A DNA stretch of 64,000 bases from the human T2T-CHM13v2.0 reference genome, Homo sapiens. Under the pieces are notes generated by a model. The model had not been told where the DNA came from. It worked only from the letters and a program-made list of their open reading frames with translations, and ran no database searches. The DNA lies in the NCBI RefSeq assembly GCF_009914755.1, contig NC_060927.1; one strand, given 5' to 3'. Below are positions 13,396-29,039 of the stretch, piece by piece (positions within the stretch are counted from its first letter, which is position 1; every line of letters begins with the position of its first letter). Both the position numbers and the translations under genes were made by a program.

Positions 13396-13472
13396 CCCTT
13401 AAAACTACTGATAGCATTCATAAACTCTGAAACAAAGGTAAGTTGCTTAGTGAACCCCAAAATCTGAGTTAC

Positions 13473-13620
13473 TTTTTTTTGTTTTTTTAGAGTCAGGTCT
13501 GGCTCTGTTGTCCAGTGGTGTAATCATGGCTCACTGCAGCCTGAAACTCCTGGGGTCAAGTGATCCTCCTGCCTCAGCCTCCCAAGTAGTTGGGACTACA
13601 GGTGCACACCACCACTCTTG
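13473..13620 (-). mobile_element. AluJ/FRAM right monomer
   Basis: 'ggctctgttgtccagtggtgtaatcatggctcactgcagcctgaaactcc...gggactacaggtgcacaccacc'. Confidence 0.85.
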
Positions 13621-13898
13621 CTTCACAATTACTTTTAAAGCATCTATCTCATCTAATATTACTAGGTCAACAATTTTTAAAATATCTTTCTCTATAAATT
13701 TGGTGTGTGTCCCCTATATCTCAATCTAATCTAAGGGGGGAAAAAACCCTACCATAATTTCTGAACTGCGAAATTGAAGATTAGTTCTCAATCAAAATGT
13801 TCTTAATTGGCATTGATGTTCTAAGTGACTGCATAAGCAGCAGATGTCCCTGATTTGACTAAATTAAAATACAAGTTGCTTTTTAAGAATCTATTTGA

Positions 13899-14480
<582 letters not shown>

Positions 14481-14659
14481 GTTTTGTATTGTTTTAAAAA
14501 TAAAGAATCTATTTGAAAATGTATTAGCTATGTCAATAGGTTTTTGAAAATGAAGACTACTGCCAAATGCCGTCAAGAGGGAATACTTAAATAATTATTA
14601 ATCGTGGGTATATTTTCTTCCAGCTGCTTTAGAATTTGTATGCAAAACCAAAATTCTTA

Positions 14660-17600
14660 AACTTTTTATCTTGAGAAAGCTGTAGATTTATATGCAGTTA
14701 TGAGAAATGATACAGAGGGGTACTGTGTTCACTTTACCCATTTTCCCCAAATAACATCTGGAAAACTGTGGTACAATATCACAGCCAGGATATTGGCATC
14801 AATACAGCCAAGATACAGAACAATTGTGTCACTAGAAGGAATCCTCTTGTTCTTTCATAGTTGCATCCAGAGCACTCCTGTTTTCTCACCACCACCCTCA
14901 GCCCTGGAAAACACTAATTTCTTCTCCATTTCTTTGTCACTACAAGAATGATAATATAAATGGGATTAAACAAAATGGAATATGTCCCTTTGGGGACGAG
15001 CTTTTGCTACTCCACATAATCCTCTGGAGATTCATTCAAGTTGTGTGTATTAACAGATTACTCATTTTTATTGCTGAGTAGTACTCCATGATATGGATGT
15101 ACTACACTCTGTTTAATATACTGAAGAACAAGTGGGTTGTTCTCAGGTACTGGCTATGATGAATAAAGTTACAATGAACATTTAAGTGTATGTTTCTGTG
15201 TGAAAACAGTTTTAATTTATCTGGAATACATATGCAGGAGTGCAACTGCTTGCTGGCATGTATGACAACTGCATATTTAGTTTTACAAGAAACTACTACA
15301 TTGTTTTGCAGTGATTATAGTATTTTACATGCACACCAGGAATGATCCAGTCTTCTTGAATCCTCACCAGCATTTGGTGTAGTTACTATTTTAATTTTAG
15401 CAGTCTGATAGATATGTAGTGATATCTCATTGTAGTTTTAGTATCCATTTCCCTAATGATGTTGAATATATTTTCATCTGCTTATTGGCCATCTATATAT
15501 TCTGTTTTCTTGCCATTTTATGATTATTTTAATTGTAGCGTTTTGACACATTTATGTATTGTGGATTTGAGACCTCTTTGGGTATATGCTTTGCAAACAT
15601 TTTCTCTGAGTTTCTAGCTTGTCATTTCATCATCTTAACAAGAACTTTATATCACAATCTTGAAGTAGTCCAATTTATCAATTTTTCCTTGTATTGACAG
15701 TATTCTCATGTCAAGTCTAAGAACTCTTTGACTAATCCTACAGCTGAAGATTTTCTCCAGTTTTATTTTTCTAACATTTTCACATTTTACGTGTTAATCT
15801 ATAATCTATTTTAGTAAACTTTTGCATAAGGTAGAAAATTTAGGTTGAAGTTTATTTCTATGGATGTCCAACAGCTCTCGTATCATTTGTTGAAAAGTCT
15901 ATCATTCCTCCACTGCAATGCTTTTGTGCTTTTGTCAAAAATTAGTCGTGCATATTTGCGTAGGTCTATTTCTGGGTTGTCTATTCTGTTCCATCAATAT
16001 GTCTATCCCTCCACTGATACCACACAGTCTTGATTACTATAACTATATAAGAGTAAAAATTGGGGAGACTGATTGCTCCCACTTTATTCCACTTTTACAA
16101 GATTGTTTTAAGTGTTCTAATGTTTGTCTTACCATATAATTTTGAAATAATCTCTATGTCTACATCTGTAAAAATGTCTTCCAAGAATTTGATAGGAATT
16201 GTCTTAAACAGCTTTTGATTTGGAGAAAAATGACATCTTTACTACTTTGAGTTGTCCAATCTGTGAACACAGTATGCATCTCCATTTATTTAAATTTTCT
16301 TTTTTCATCAGTGTTTTATAGTTTTCATTATACATTCCTGTATATATTTTATTGGATTTACATCTTACTACTTCTTTTAAGAGAGAAACAACTTCAAGGG
16401 AGGGATGTAGGAAGGGAAAGAGAGAAGGAGGGAGAGAATAAGTGTTTATAAATAGTATATTTTTTAATTTTAATAACCACCTGTTCATTACTAGTATATA
16501 GAAATACAACTGCAACCTTGCTCATCTCATTTATTAAATTCTGGAGGGGTTTTGTTTAGATTCCTTGGTATTTTCTATATTCTATATATACAATCATGTC
16601 AACCACAAAGAGAAAGGAAAGTTTTATTTATCCATTCTGATCTCTATGTCTTATTTTCTTTTCTTTTTATTTATTTTTGGCTTTATTTCATTAGCCAGAA
16701 TTCCCAGCACTGTGTTAAATAAGAATGGTGATAGTGGACTTCTTTGTCTTGTTCCCAAAGTTAGAAAGAAAGAATTTAGACGTTAGACACTAAGTATATT
16801 GTCACATTTCAGTTTTTAACAGATCTTCTTTATTAAGACTTGACAGTTCCCCTCTGTTCCTATTACTCTGAGCCATTTTATTTCAAATGGGTGTTTAATT
16901 TGGCAAAATACTTTTTCTTCATCAACTAATATAATTTTTTTCTTCTTTAGCTTGTTACTGTGTTGTGTTGGGATTTTAAATACAAAACAAGCTTAATATT
17001 TCTAGAATAAACCCTACTTGGTTATGGTGTATAATTCTTTTTATATATTGCTGAATTGTATTTGCTAATATCTTGTTAAGAATTTTGCTCCTAATTCACG
17101 AGGAATATTGACCCGTAGTTATCTTCTTATTACTATCTTTATCTGGTTCTAATATTAGGGCAATACTGGCTTCATAAAATGAATTGGGTAGTGTTCCTTC
17201 TTTTTCTCTTTTCTGGAAGAATCTATACTAGATTAGTGTGAATTCTTCTTCAAATGTTTCAGAAAATTGCCCATTGAAAACACATGTACATGTAGGTTTT
17301 CCTATGTTACATGCTTTTAAGTTACAAATTAAATTTTATTAATAGTTACAGGGTAATTATAGTATTTCAGATTTGGTAAGTTGTGGTAGCGTTTTTTTAG
17401 AAATAGATCCATTTCATCTAAATTACCAAATGTATGTATGTAGAGTTATTCCTAGTATCCTTTTACTGTTATTTTGATGTCTGCACAGTGACATAAGTTA
17501 AAAATTAAAGAGAAGGAAACTTTATTGTATTTAGCCGTACTTTTACTCTTTCCATTTTTTCTTCTCCATTTCATAGAATGTCCATTAACCATTCTAGGAT

Positions 17601-17690
17601 AAGTCTGCTGGCAACAAATTATCTTAGTTTTCGTTCATCTGAGAATGTCTTAATTTGATCATCATTCTAGAAGAATATCTTCACTGTTTT
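14660..17690 (-). mobile_element. Old L1 (L1MC-like) 3' UTR and ORF2 remnant
   Basis: 'atgcagttatgagaaatgatacagag...gtacaatatcacagccaggatattggcatcaataca' (L1MC 3' end) followed by about 2.7 kb of decayed ORF2 on the minus strand. Confidence 0.85.
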
Positions 17691-19629
17691 CTAATTAATA
17701 AACTTGTAAGAAATATCTTAATGCACAAAGCATTTTTAACTTATAGTTGGCCTACAGCCTTAGAATAGATTACCTTATATTTAATAATTCAATGATCATT
17801 CTCTAGGACTTATTAACGTAAGTACTCACAAATTGTTTTCCAGAAAGCTTGCAGAAAATTAGACACCATGAAAAAACTGTAGAGAAGTGATCCCTAGTTG
17901 ACCTCAGAAAACTCAACTCCACACTCCATGATTCTACATGATCCCACTGAAAAGGATCATTTTCGTGTTAATTTTTAGGCAGGACAAAGAGGAATAAACT
18001 TTGAATAGCAGTGAGAAGTTTCTTTCGCCTTTGACATTCTAAATCAGGAACTGTTTCCTCACATGCCGTTTCACCTTGGCATTTTGCTTCACTTTTCTCT
18101 CACGGTTCAGAAATTTCATTGAGGATGCATATCCTATCCTGAATCTCCCTTTGTATTAAGAGGTTAGAAATGAATTTAGGCCAACTCTCATTTTACACAT
18201 GTAGAGTAAATCCTTGAAAAAGAAGCATTACTTAGTTACTTGCATACTTACTTGAAAAATTAAGACTACAGCTAAAGTTATTGATGTTCCTTTAGTGATA
18301 TTTGCTCTTCATAAATCTACTCATCAGTCATTTTCTCAGCCTGGAAAACTGCTACACACCCAGAAAAGAAACACTGTACCTAATATACTTTTGGAAATCT
18401 TTGAACTTATATATGAGATTCTTTTTAAAAAAATGACTCTTTAAATTATATCAAAATAATGCAAACATGCAGAAAATTACTATAATTTTGTCATCTATTG
18501 CAAGGAACATGTAATTTTCATTCACTTATTTTTAAAACGGTATCTCTGGTAAAATCATCAATAATATTGATATATTTAGCATTTGTCTCTGCCCTATAAA
18601 AAGAAGAATAACAACGATATTCTGCAGACCCTCAGCACCATGGCTAAACTATGCATGTAGTATTCATTCTATAAAAAAAATTGTCCTTCATATTATCCAA
18701 GTCTTTATGAACTTGATCCAAATTTATCTTGTAAATATATCTACACATACATATATGTTAAGATAATCTACCATTTTCTCACTTAGATGGAACAAAATGG
18801 TTTTATGGTCTTCTGCTATATCTATCCATGTTGAAATTAGAATAAAAAGAAACATATTTCACATATATTAAGGGTACAACTATAGATTATCATGCTAATT
18901 TTTTAAAACTGACAATTAGATTATTTATTTCATTTGAGTGTATATGTCCACATTTGCATTTTAATATAAATTGTTTATTGATTCCATTAATCAAGAGAAA
19001 ATAAAATGGGAGGTTGGAAATTATTAACACTTAACACATCATTTCATGGGGGCTCATTAAAATAAAGGCTCAAAATTATGACTATGTGGGATGGAAGAAA
19101 ATTATAAAGCAAATAATTATATACATAATTGTTTTAAAATTATCCTCTAGGTTGGAGACACTCACATTTAAAAATTCTTTAGGGACTTAATTAAAATAGA
19201 ATTATCACTTTTCAAAAATATGACCAAGAGATTTAATTTTGGCTTTTCACATTTATTTTGACATTTTAAAATGCATTTTAATGTGAGGAAACAAAATACC
19301 ATTTTACATTTAAAATGAAGTTTTTCTTTTTACCTTTTTTTGTAGATCTCTTAGAGTAAAACCTTTTCATAGCAAGTTAAAAAACGTAGCATTAAAATGT
19401 CATCACCATTAAAAAACATATACATTTATGAGCTAAAATATCTCCATATTTAAAAAAATATACTTTGCAAATTAATTTATTTAAAAATAAATCATAATTT
19501 TTATTTAAAAATATTGCTTTCATAAATTCCTCAGGAAACTAAATTAAATCAATGACATAAAACAGCAATTTAAAAGGCTGTCATATATGACAGCATGAGA
19601 AGGTCAAATTATTTTTGACATGGAAATAA

Positions 19630-19886
<257 letters not shown>

Positions 19887-20434
19887 GACATGGAAATAAT
19901 TTTTAATAACAAAAGCCAAAATTAATGGCAGACCATCTTGTTTTAATATATGAAATTTAAAGAGCACTTAGTATATATACTTTTATTTTAGAAAGTATTC
20001 TAATAGTTAACGAGCATTTATTTGAGCACAAGCATATGCTATGGAAATAAAGTCAAAAGGCAAGTCGCTGAAATGACGTGGTCCGGTAAAAAGAGTAAAA
20101 TGGGGAGGGTTTTTATTTTGGGAAGTGTAATTTATACAATATTAGATTTGTTTAAGTAGATTATACTTAAACAGTATTTAAATAAAAAAGGAACGTCCTG
20201 ATTGAGTTGCAGTGAGGTGGCGGGAAGAATGTCAACCAGGCAGGAATGAGGATGAGGACAGGAGATCTTCTATGAAAGTTTCTTATAAGGTAAGAAAGAT
20301 ATGTGGTCTTAAAATATAAGATAGTCCATAAAGCAGAGGAGGAAGTGCATTCCAAATGAAAGGAAATGTCATGTGTAAAGTCACAGAGACTCAGTATACG
20401 AGAGGACAGCAATACCTAGGAACTCTGCAGGGAG

Positions 20435-20575
20435 ACGCTCTCAGCAAGAAGGACCTCACGGAGGCGGGCCCCTGACCTTGGAGTTCTCAGTCTCTATCAC
20501 TGTAAGAAATAAATTCCTTGTCTTTATAAATTACCCAGTTTCAGTTACTCTGTTATAAGCAACAGAAAAGACACC
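20435..20575 (+). mobile_element. MST (MaLR) LTR 3' fragment
   Basis: 'gcaagaaggacctcac...gtaagaaataaattccttgtctttataaattacccagtttcag...tgttataagcaacagaaaa'. Confidence 0.7.
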
Positions 20576-21269
20576 ACTGAATGTTTTCCATTTGTGAGTC
20601 ACATGTCAAATTTGCATTTTAGAAAGCTTACTCTGCACTTTGGAGAATACATTTGGTGATGGATTGAGTGTATTCGAATCAACTGTCTCTCAAGGTTACC
20701 TTATAATTATACCTCCTGCTGTGGCTTATTATTTAATGCTATAATTTAATAGATTCGACCTAGAAAATTGTGAATCTTTTTATTGTTGCTATCATTTTGG
20801 AAAAGTTAAGTATATGAAAATGTAAGGGAAATGGAGAAACACCATTGTCATTCAAACATTTTTGAGGGGATCCTAAGAGACTGCCCTCCTCCTGGCTTTC
20901 AAAGAGCCCTCGTTGTGACTTAAGGGAAGTCACAGCATGCTTTGGTCTCCTTATAAGGCTGTTCCACAAGCCAAAATATTCAGTACCCTCATCCAACAAT
21001 TCTTCACCCCCCAACAGAAAATTACTCCTAACCACATCTTTTGTACCTACTATCCTTCTTCGGCTGTCCTGTCCACACTTATCCAAATTAGAATTCTCAC
21101 GGTCTATTACCCGAATCATTCCTTTACATCACTCTCCTAGTCCTAACAAAACTCCACCTTAGTTGAATTTGATCCCTAAGGAATCCTATCACATTTCCTT
21201 AGTGAACTACTCTCCCACTCTTGCAGTGGACAATACCATATTTCCTCTCACCTGGAATTTCCAATACCT

Positions 21270-23413
<2,144 letters not shown>

Positions 23414-23437
23414 CAGACTTATTTTTAATATAGGATC

Positions 23438-23822
23438 TGTATTAGTCCATTTTCATACTGCTATAAAGAACTGCCCAAGGCTAGGTAATTTATAAAGGAA
23501 AAAGGCTTAACTGACTCACAGTTCCACATAGCTGGGGAGGCCTCAGGAAACTTACAATCATGGCAGAAGGCAAAGAGGAAGCAAGGCACCTTCTTCACAA
23601 GGCGGCAGGAAAGAGAAGTCCCGAGCGAAGGAGGACAAGCCCCTTATAAAACCATCAGATCTTGTGAGAACTCACTCACTATCATGAGAAAACATGGGGG
23701 AAATGCCCCCATGATTCAATTACCTCCACCTGATCTCTCCTTTGACACGTGGAGATTATGGGGATTATGGAGATTACATTCAAGATGAGATCTGGGTGAG
23801 GACACAAAGCCTAACCATACCA
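23438..23822 (-). mobile_element. THE1 (MaLR) solo LTR
   Basis: TG...CA termini ('tgtattagtccattttcatactgctataaagaac...ctaaccatacca'); imperfect 5-bp TSD ggatc/ggatt. Confidence 0.92.
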
Positions 23823-24532
23823 GGATTCTCACAAGCATATTACTTAGGCATCAACATTTGTTCATAAAGCCTCCTGCTCCTAACATGTAATATTCATATA
23901 TTTAATACAGAAACAGTATTTCATATCTATTTTTAAAGTAAACTTCCCACTTGCACAGTCTAGAAATGTGTATTCTTGCCCTATTGTCTATAAATTTTAG
24001 GTGTGTTGAGATTATGAATTTCTGAAAACCAAAATATTAAATAATATATGATCAACCGGTATAAACTTTTGGACTTTAGATGTGATACACACACATGCAT
24101 ACACACACACATAACATGTAAATAAATAAGAAAATAACCTAGTAGATATTTATTTGAGCCAGTTCATATCTATAAGGTAACATAACTTAAAAACACACAC
24201 AATACAAGAAGCATATCTCTACTTTCTATGGGATGTTAATGTACCCTGCAGAAAGAATGGAAAAGAACCAAGTCTCCTTCTGGTTTGTTCCCAGTGTGTC
24301 TGAATTAGCTACGTTTATGCTCAAATAGCCTAAAATATTCACATTTCTTAAGGAAACTTTCTAGCAGCAGCCACTTTTTTCTACCTGCTAAAATAATCAG
24401 CATAGCAGGGAAAAGAGCCAACCACAGGGAAGACAAAAGAGTAGGGTCCTAAAATAAAACCACGGCTACACTTTTCCTGACATAGACTCAAATCCTTCCC
24501 TGCCTCAGAATCCTGCCTGCTTTTATGTTATG

Positions 24533-24570
24533 AGGGAGGGGGAGGGGGAGGGGGAGGGAGAAGGAGGGAT
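24533..24570 (+). repeat. (GGGGA)n purine tract, G-quadruplex/triplex-capable
   Basis: agggagggggagggggaggggagggagaaggaggg: five or more G3+ runs with 1-nt loops. Confidence 0.7.
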
Positions 24571-24890
24571 GTGTGGTGTGGGGAAGAAAAACACCGAAAC
24601 CAAGAATAGAATGCTTCACTCCTGCCTTGATAGAAGATATTTTCAGGTCTTTATCAGTTAAGAGAATACTATCTAAGACTCTAGACACTACTGATAGCTT
24701 CTTCTCAGGATATTTGATTCTGACATTCCTATTTTTGCATTGGCTATGATCTTTTAATATTTTACACTTCAGTCACTGGAGGCACCTGGAGTCTGTAAAT
24801 TAAGACTTTTAGAAAGAACATAGAGACAACTATTCCCTTACATCTTTCCTAAAACTGATAAGTACCAATAAAAAATAAAATCCTGGACTG

Positions 24891-25182
24891 TTTTTTTTTT
24901 AGACTGTGTCTCACTCTGTTGCCCAGGCTGGAGTGCAGCAGCATGATCATAGCTCACTGCAGCCTCGGACTCTTGGGCTCAAGCAATCCTCCCACCTCAC
25001 CTCCCAAGTATCAAAGACTGCAGGCATGCACCACTATGCCCAGGTAATTTCATTTTAATTTTGTTGTAGAGAAAGGGTTTCGCTATGTTACCTAGGGTGG
25101 TCTTAAACTCCAGTGCTTAAGTGATTCTGCCACCTCAGCCTCCCAAAGTGCTGAGATTACAGGACAGTCACCATGCCTAGCC
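24891..25182 (-). mobile_element. AluJ
   Basis: 'gcatgatcatagctcactgcagcctcggactcttgggctcaagcaatcctcccacctca'. Confidence 0.9.
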
Positions 25183-27219
25183 CTTGACTTTTATTTCTGG
25201 TTTTTGGCTATCTTCTTTCAAATATCACAAAGCTTAATCACCAAATGTACAGCTGATATCTATTGGAGTACGGGGAGAAAAGGAAAGGTAATGAGAAAGA
25301 AAGAGAAGGAGAGGAAGAAAGGCAGCCAGAGAAACTTCTGATGGGCTGATGAGGAAAAGGTGAAATTGTGTTTTATTTTAAAAAGCGTAAATACTGAAGC
25401 AGGTTGTGCTATTATCTTCTGCTAGAGGAAATAACCATAAAGAGACTTCATTTCCTTAACTTGTATGTTGTAAATAAATAGTACTACATGTTGATGCTAG
25501 TTTAGGGGCGGTAAGATTTCAATAAAGTAAACAACAAAACAATGCCAGCACTGCTCAGTAAGGAGCAGCTCATGCTCGGAAACAGCAGAGCCTGAATGCC
25601 AAAGCACATCTATTCTAATTTCATCCACTCACTAGCTCAAGCTATTATCACTATATCTGTATTGGTTAAGGTAGTAGTAAAAATCTTCATTTTCTTTCAA
25701 GGACATAAGGTTCAAACAGGATATTCTTTACAAAACAAAAGTAAAACGACCATTAACAATGTTTATAGCACAGAATTTACATATGTACACTTATGCAATG
25801 AAATAGCTCCTAAAGGTAAAATCAAAAGAAAAATAGGTAAGTTGTATTTCAGAATATAAAACACAAATACAATTGCAACTTTTAACTACAGATTATAAGT
25901 AAGTAAAGGATAAAAAGAGGAAGCCTTGAGCAAGCGTTCCTGACGAACTGATTTTAGACCAGCGAAGATAAGGAGAAGGGGCTTTTACACTGAGGACCAG
26001 AAAATAAACAGGAGATGGATACCAGGGAACTACTCCAGGCAAAGATAAAAGCATGCACAACAGCCCCAGTGCATGAAAAGCACTGGAGTGGCTAGAGCGT
26101 AGTAAGCAAGAGAAAAAGGATGTCAAGATGAGACTAGAGCCAGATCCTTCAAAACCCCATAAGCCATGTTCAGACTCATTAAAAAAAAAAAAAAAAATCT
26201 CTTCTATGTGCATTTGAAGTGTTTCAAGGTCTAATACATTTGAAAAATGAAGTATTATTATATAGCACTTACTTGGAGATTCAAAATGTATATTAGCTAA
26301 TTAGATTCCAAGAATTTTGATTCTAAAGAAATGTGCTGAATTTGATTTAATTTGGGGTTTTCCAAGTGCATTTGATCACTGAACACCTTTCATGTATCAC
26401 ACTTCCTAATTTCCTGCTGAACTTTCCTCCTTGGTGGATTATTTCCCACTTTCCCAAAGAAATTATATGGAACGAAGAACTATAATAAACCTGGATGCCA
26501 TTGTTATTTCGTGAATGAAGTGAAACACCATTTTCTATATCTGGGTATAAAAGGATCTAAACTATTCAAAAAGTATTACTTCATAGAGATAATGGGCTTC
26601 ATTTCTACTCATCTGGACAAACTTTGACAGTCTATTCTCTAGCAGGTTCTGAGGTACTTGCTTAAGGAAGAGGATTATAAGATCTATATTCTAATTTGGG
26701 AGAATTAGCATAAATGTATTCATTTATTTATTCATTCAACAAATCTGTGTTTAAATGTGTCAAGCACCATTCCAGTCCTGAGGAATAAAGTGGGAAACAA
26801 GATAAACATGGTCTTTGCCCTGCTGAAACTTTTATTATTGGCTTCGTATAAAGGAGAAAAGCAAACTATGATAATAATGCAATCCAATAACTGGTATAAT
26901 AAAACACATACTCACATGGAAGAGAACAAAGAATGGAGGTGAATAATAACAGCATTTTTAACACAGGGTGGGGAGTAAGAAAGAGAATCTGGATTTGAAA
27001 AATCATGTGGAAGTAAAATAAAGAGGGAAGGACCTGTAACAGTTAAATGTATGTGTGTTGTTTATGTGATACATCAATTCGAGCTCAACTGAGAAGTCTA
27101 ATTTTAGAATAAACCATGGCAGTTATAAGAAACAATACTAATTCTTATAATATGCCAAGAACTGTTATAAGAAAATTATATATTTTACATATATATATAT
27201 ATATAAAAAACATATATAT

Positions 27220-27400
27220 TTGTTGTTGTTGTTGTTCTTGTTATTTTCACTTTGTCACCCAGGCTGGAATGCAGTGGGCAGTGGTGCAATCATACCTCAC
27301 TGTAACTTCAAACTCTTGGCCTCAAGCGATCCTCCCACCTAAGCCTCCAAAGCACTGGACTACAGGCTAGGATTACAGGAGTGAGCCACATTGCTTGGCC
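27220..27400 (-). mobile_element. Alu remnant (FLAM/AluJ-like) with (TTG)n tail
   Basis: 'tgtcacccaggctggaatgcagtgg...ctcaagcgatcctcccacc...gagccacattgcttggcc'. Confidence 0.75.
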
Positions 27401-28181
27401 ACATATTTTTAATATTTTAAATCTTATAATAGCTCCATGAGATAGGCACCCTTTAAATTAGTATTTTAAAGAAGAATATGAGACACAGAGTTTATGAGAC
27501 TTGCCCACTCCAAATTAGAGACAGGGAGGGGCCATTTGTTCCAGAGGCTTTCATGACAATTCCAACCCCTTTCAGACTCAGGCGGCCCCCTTATATGTGT
27601 CTTCAACTATCAATACGTCACCCTGGGTTGCATTAGCATACATATTGTGTATCATCCTCTTTAGACTTTTAATTTCCTGAAATAGGGGCCATGTCTTTCT
27701 CTTCTTCAAGGTGACCAGGTGCAGCATAGTCTCTACAACAAAAAGGTACTGAATTCTTGAAAGAATGAATATCATGGCCATGAAGGAGACCTCAGGAAAA
27801 GCATACAGATAAGAACATGAAGAAGACCCTAGATGGAATCTTGTGGACTCTAACAGTGAGGGCAAGAGCTCTGGGAAATCTGAAAACTGATTTATTCATG
27901 TGATCATTGTGGAAGAATGGCAAATGATAGAAATCAAAAATTCTGATCAGAGTTAGGCAAAATGCCAAAGAGCCAGTGATGAGTTTCTTCATTACTGCTA
28001 ACATTGTTTTCTCTATGTAAATGATCATGTCATATTTACAAAATTTAATTAATGAAACTTCTTTGAAAATTCATGACAAAACTCAATTGAACAGTCTGTT
28101 TCACCATATATTTATATATTCTACCCATCATTTAAGCAAATAGCCTACCCTTTAAAATATAAAGGAGAAAGAACAATTGCA

Positions 28182-28207
28182 TATATATATATATATATAT
28201 ATATATA
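28182..28207. repeat. (AT)13 microsatellite
   Basis: Uninterrupted AT dinucleotide run. Confidence 0.9.
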
Positions 28208-28442
28208 GCAACAGAGTATGTTACTAAATTATTTATTTCATCTTAATCCCAGGATAACTAAATTTTATACAACTAAATCATTCATTCTAATTCACTTATG
28301 CCTGAGTCATATTTGAGAGGTAAAAACAAGCCAAAATAATTACTTACATGTGTTTACTGGCTGACAAATTGGTGATTTTACTGGTAGTTGTATAAAACAA
28401 TTCTTGGCAACTGATTAATAATTAGTGACTATTATGTTTAAG

Positions 28443-28850
28443 TTTTTTTTTTTTTTTTTTTTTTTATTATACTCTAAGTTTTAGGGTACATGTGCACATT
28501 GTGCAGGTTAGTTACATATGTATACATGTGCCATGCTGGTGCGCTGCACCCACTAACGTGTCATCTAGCATTAGGTGTATCTCCCAATGCTATCCCTCCC
28601 CCCTCCCCCGACCCCACCACAGTCCCCAGAGTGTGATATTCCCCTTCCTGTGTCCATGTGATCTCATTGTTCAATTCCCACCTATGAGTGAGAATATGCG
28701 GTGTTTGGTTTTTTGTTCTTGCGATAGTTTCCTGAGAATGATGGTTTCCAATTTCATCCATGTCCCTACAAAGGACATGAACTCATCATTTTTTATGGCT
28801 GCATAGTATTCCATGGTGTATATGTGCCACATTTTCTTAATCCAGTCTAT
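28443..28850 (-). mobile_element. L1HS pre-Ta, 5' truncated (about 400 nt)
   Basis: Reverse complement reads GCTAGATGAC-ACG-TTAGTGGG (28557-28559) and CCTAAAACTTA-G-AGTATAATA (28474); homogeneous 23-nt tail. Confidence 0.9.
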
Positions 28851-29039
28851 TACATGTTTAATTTCTTAAGAGACATTTAGTACTTTTCATAAAACATATA
28901 CTTTTTTAGTTTATTGCTACTAAAAGGGTTTATTGAAAAATAAAATATTATAACCACCTAACTCAATAAATGGATGTAGATTTACCCAATGTAATGATTA
29001 CAAAGCTGTTAACAGCAAGAGCCTTCAGACTACTTGCTA

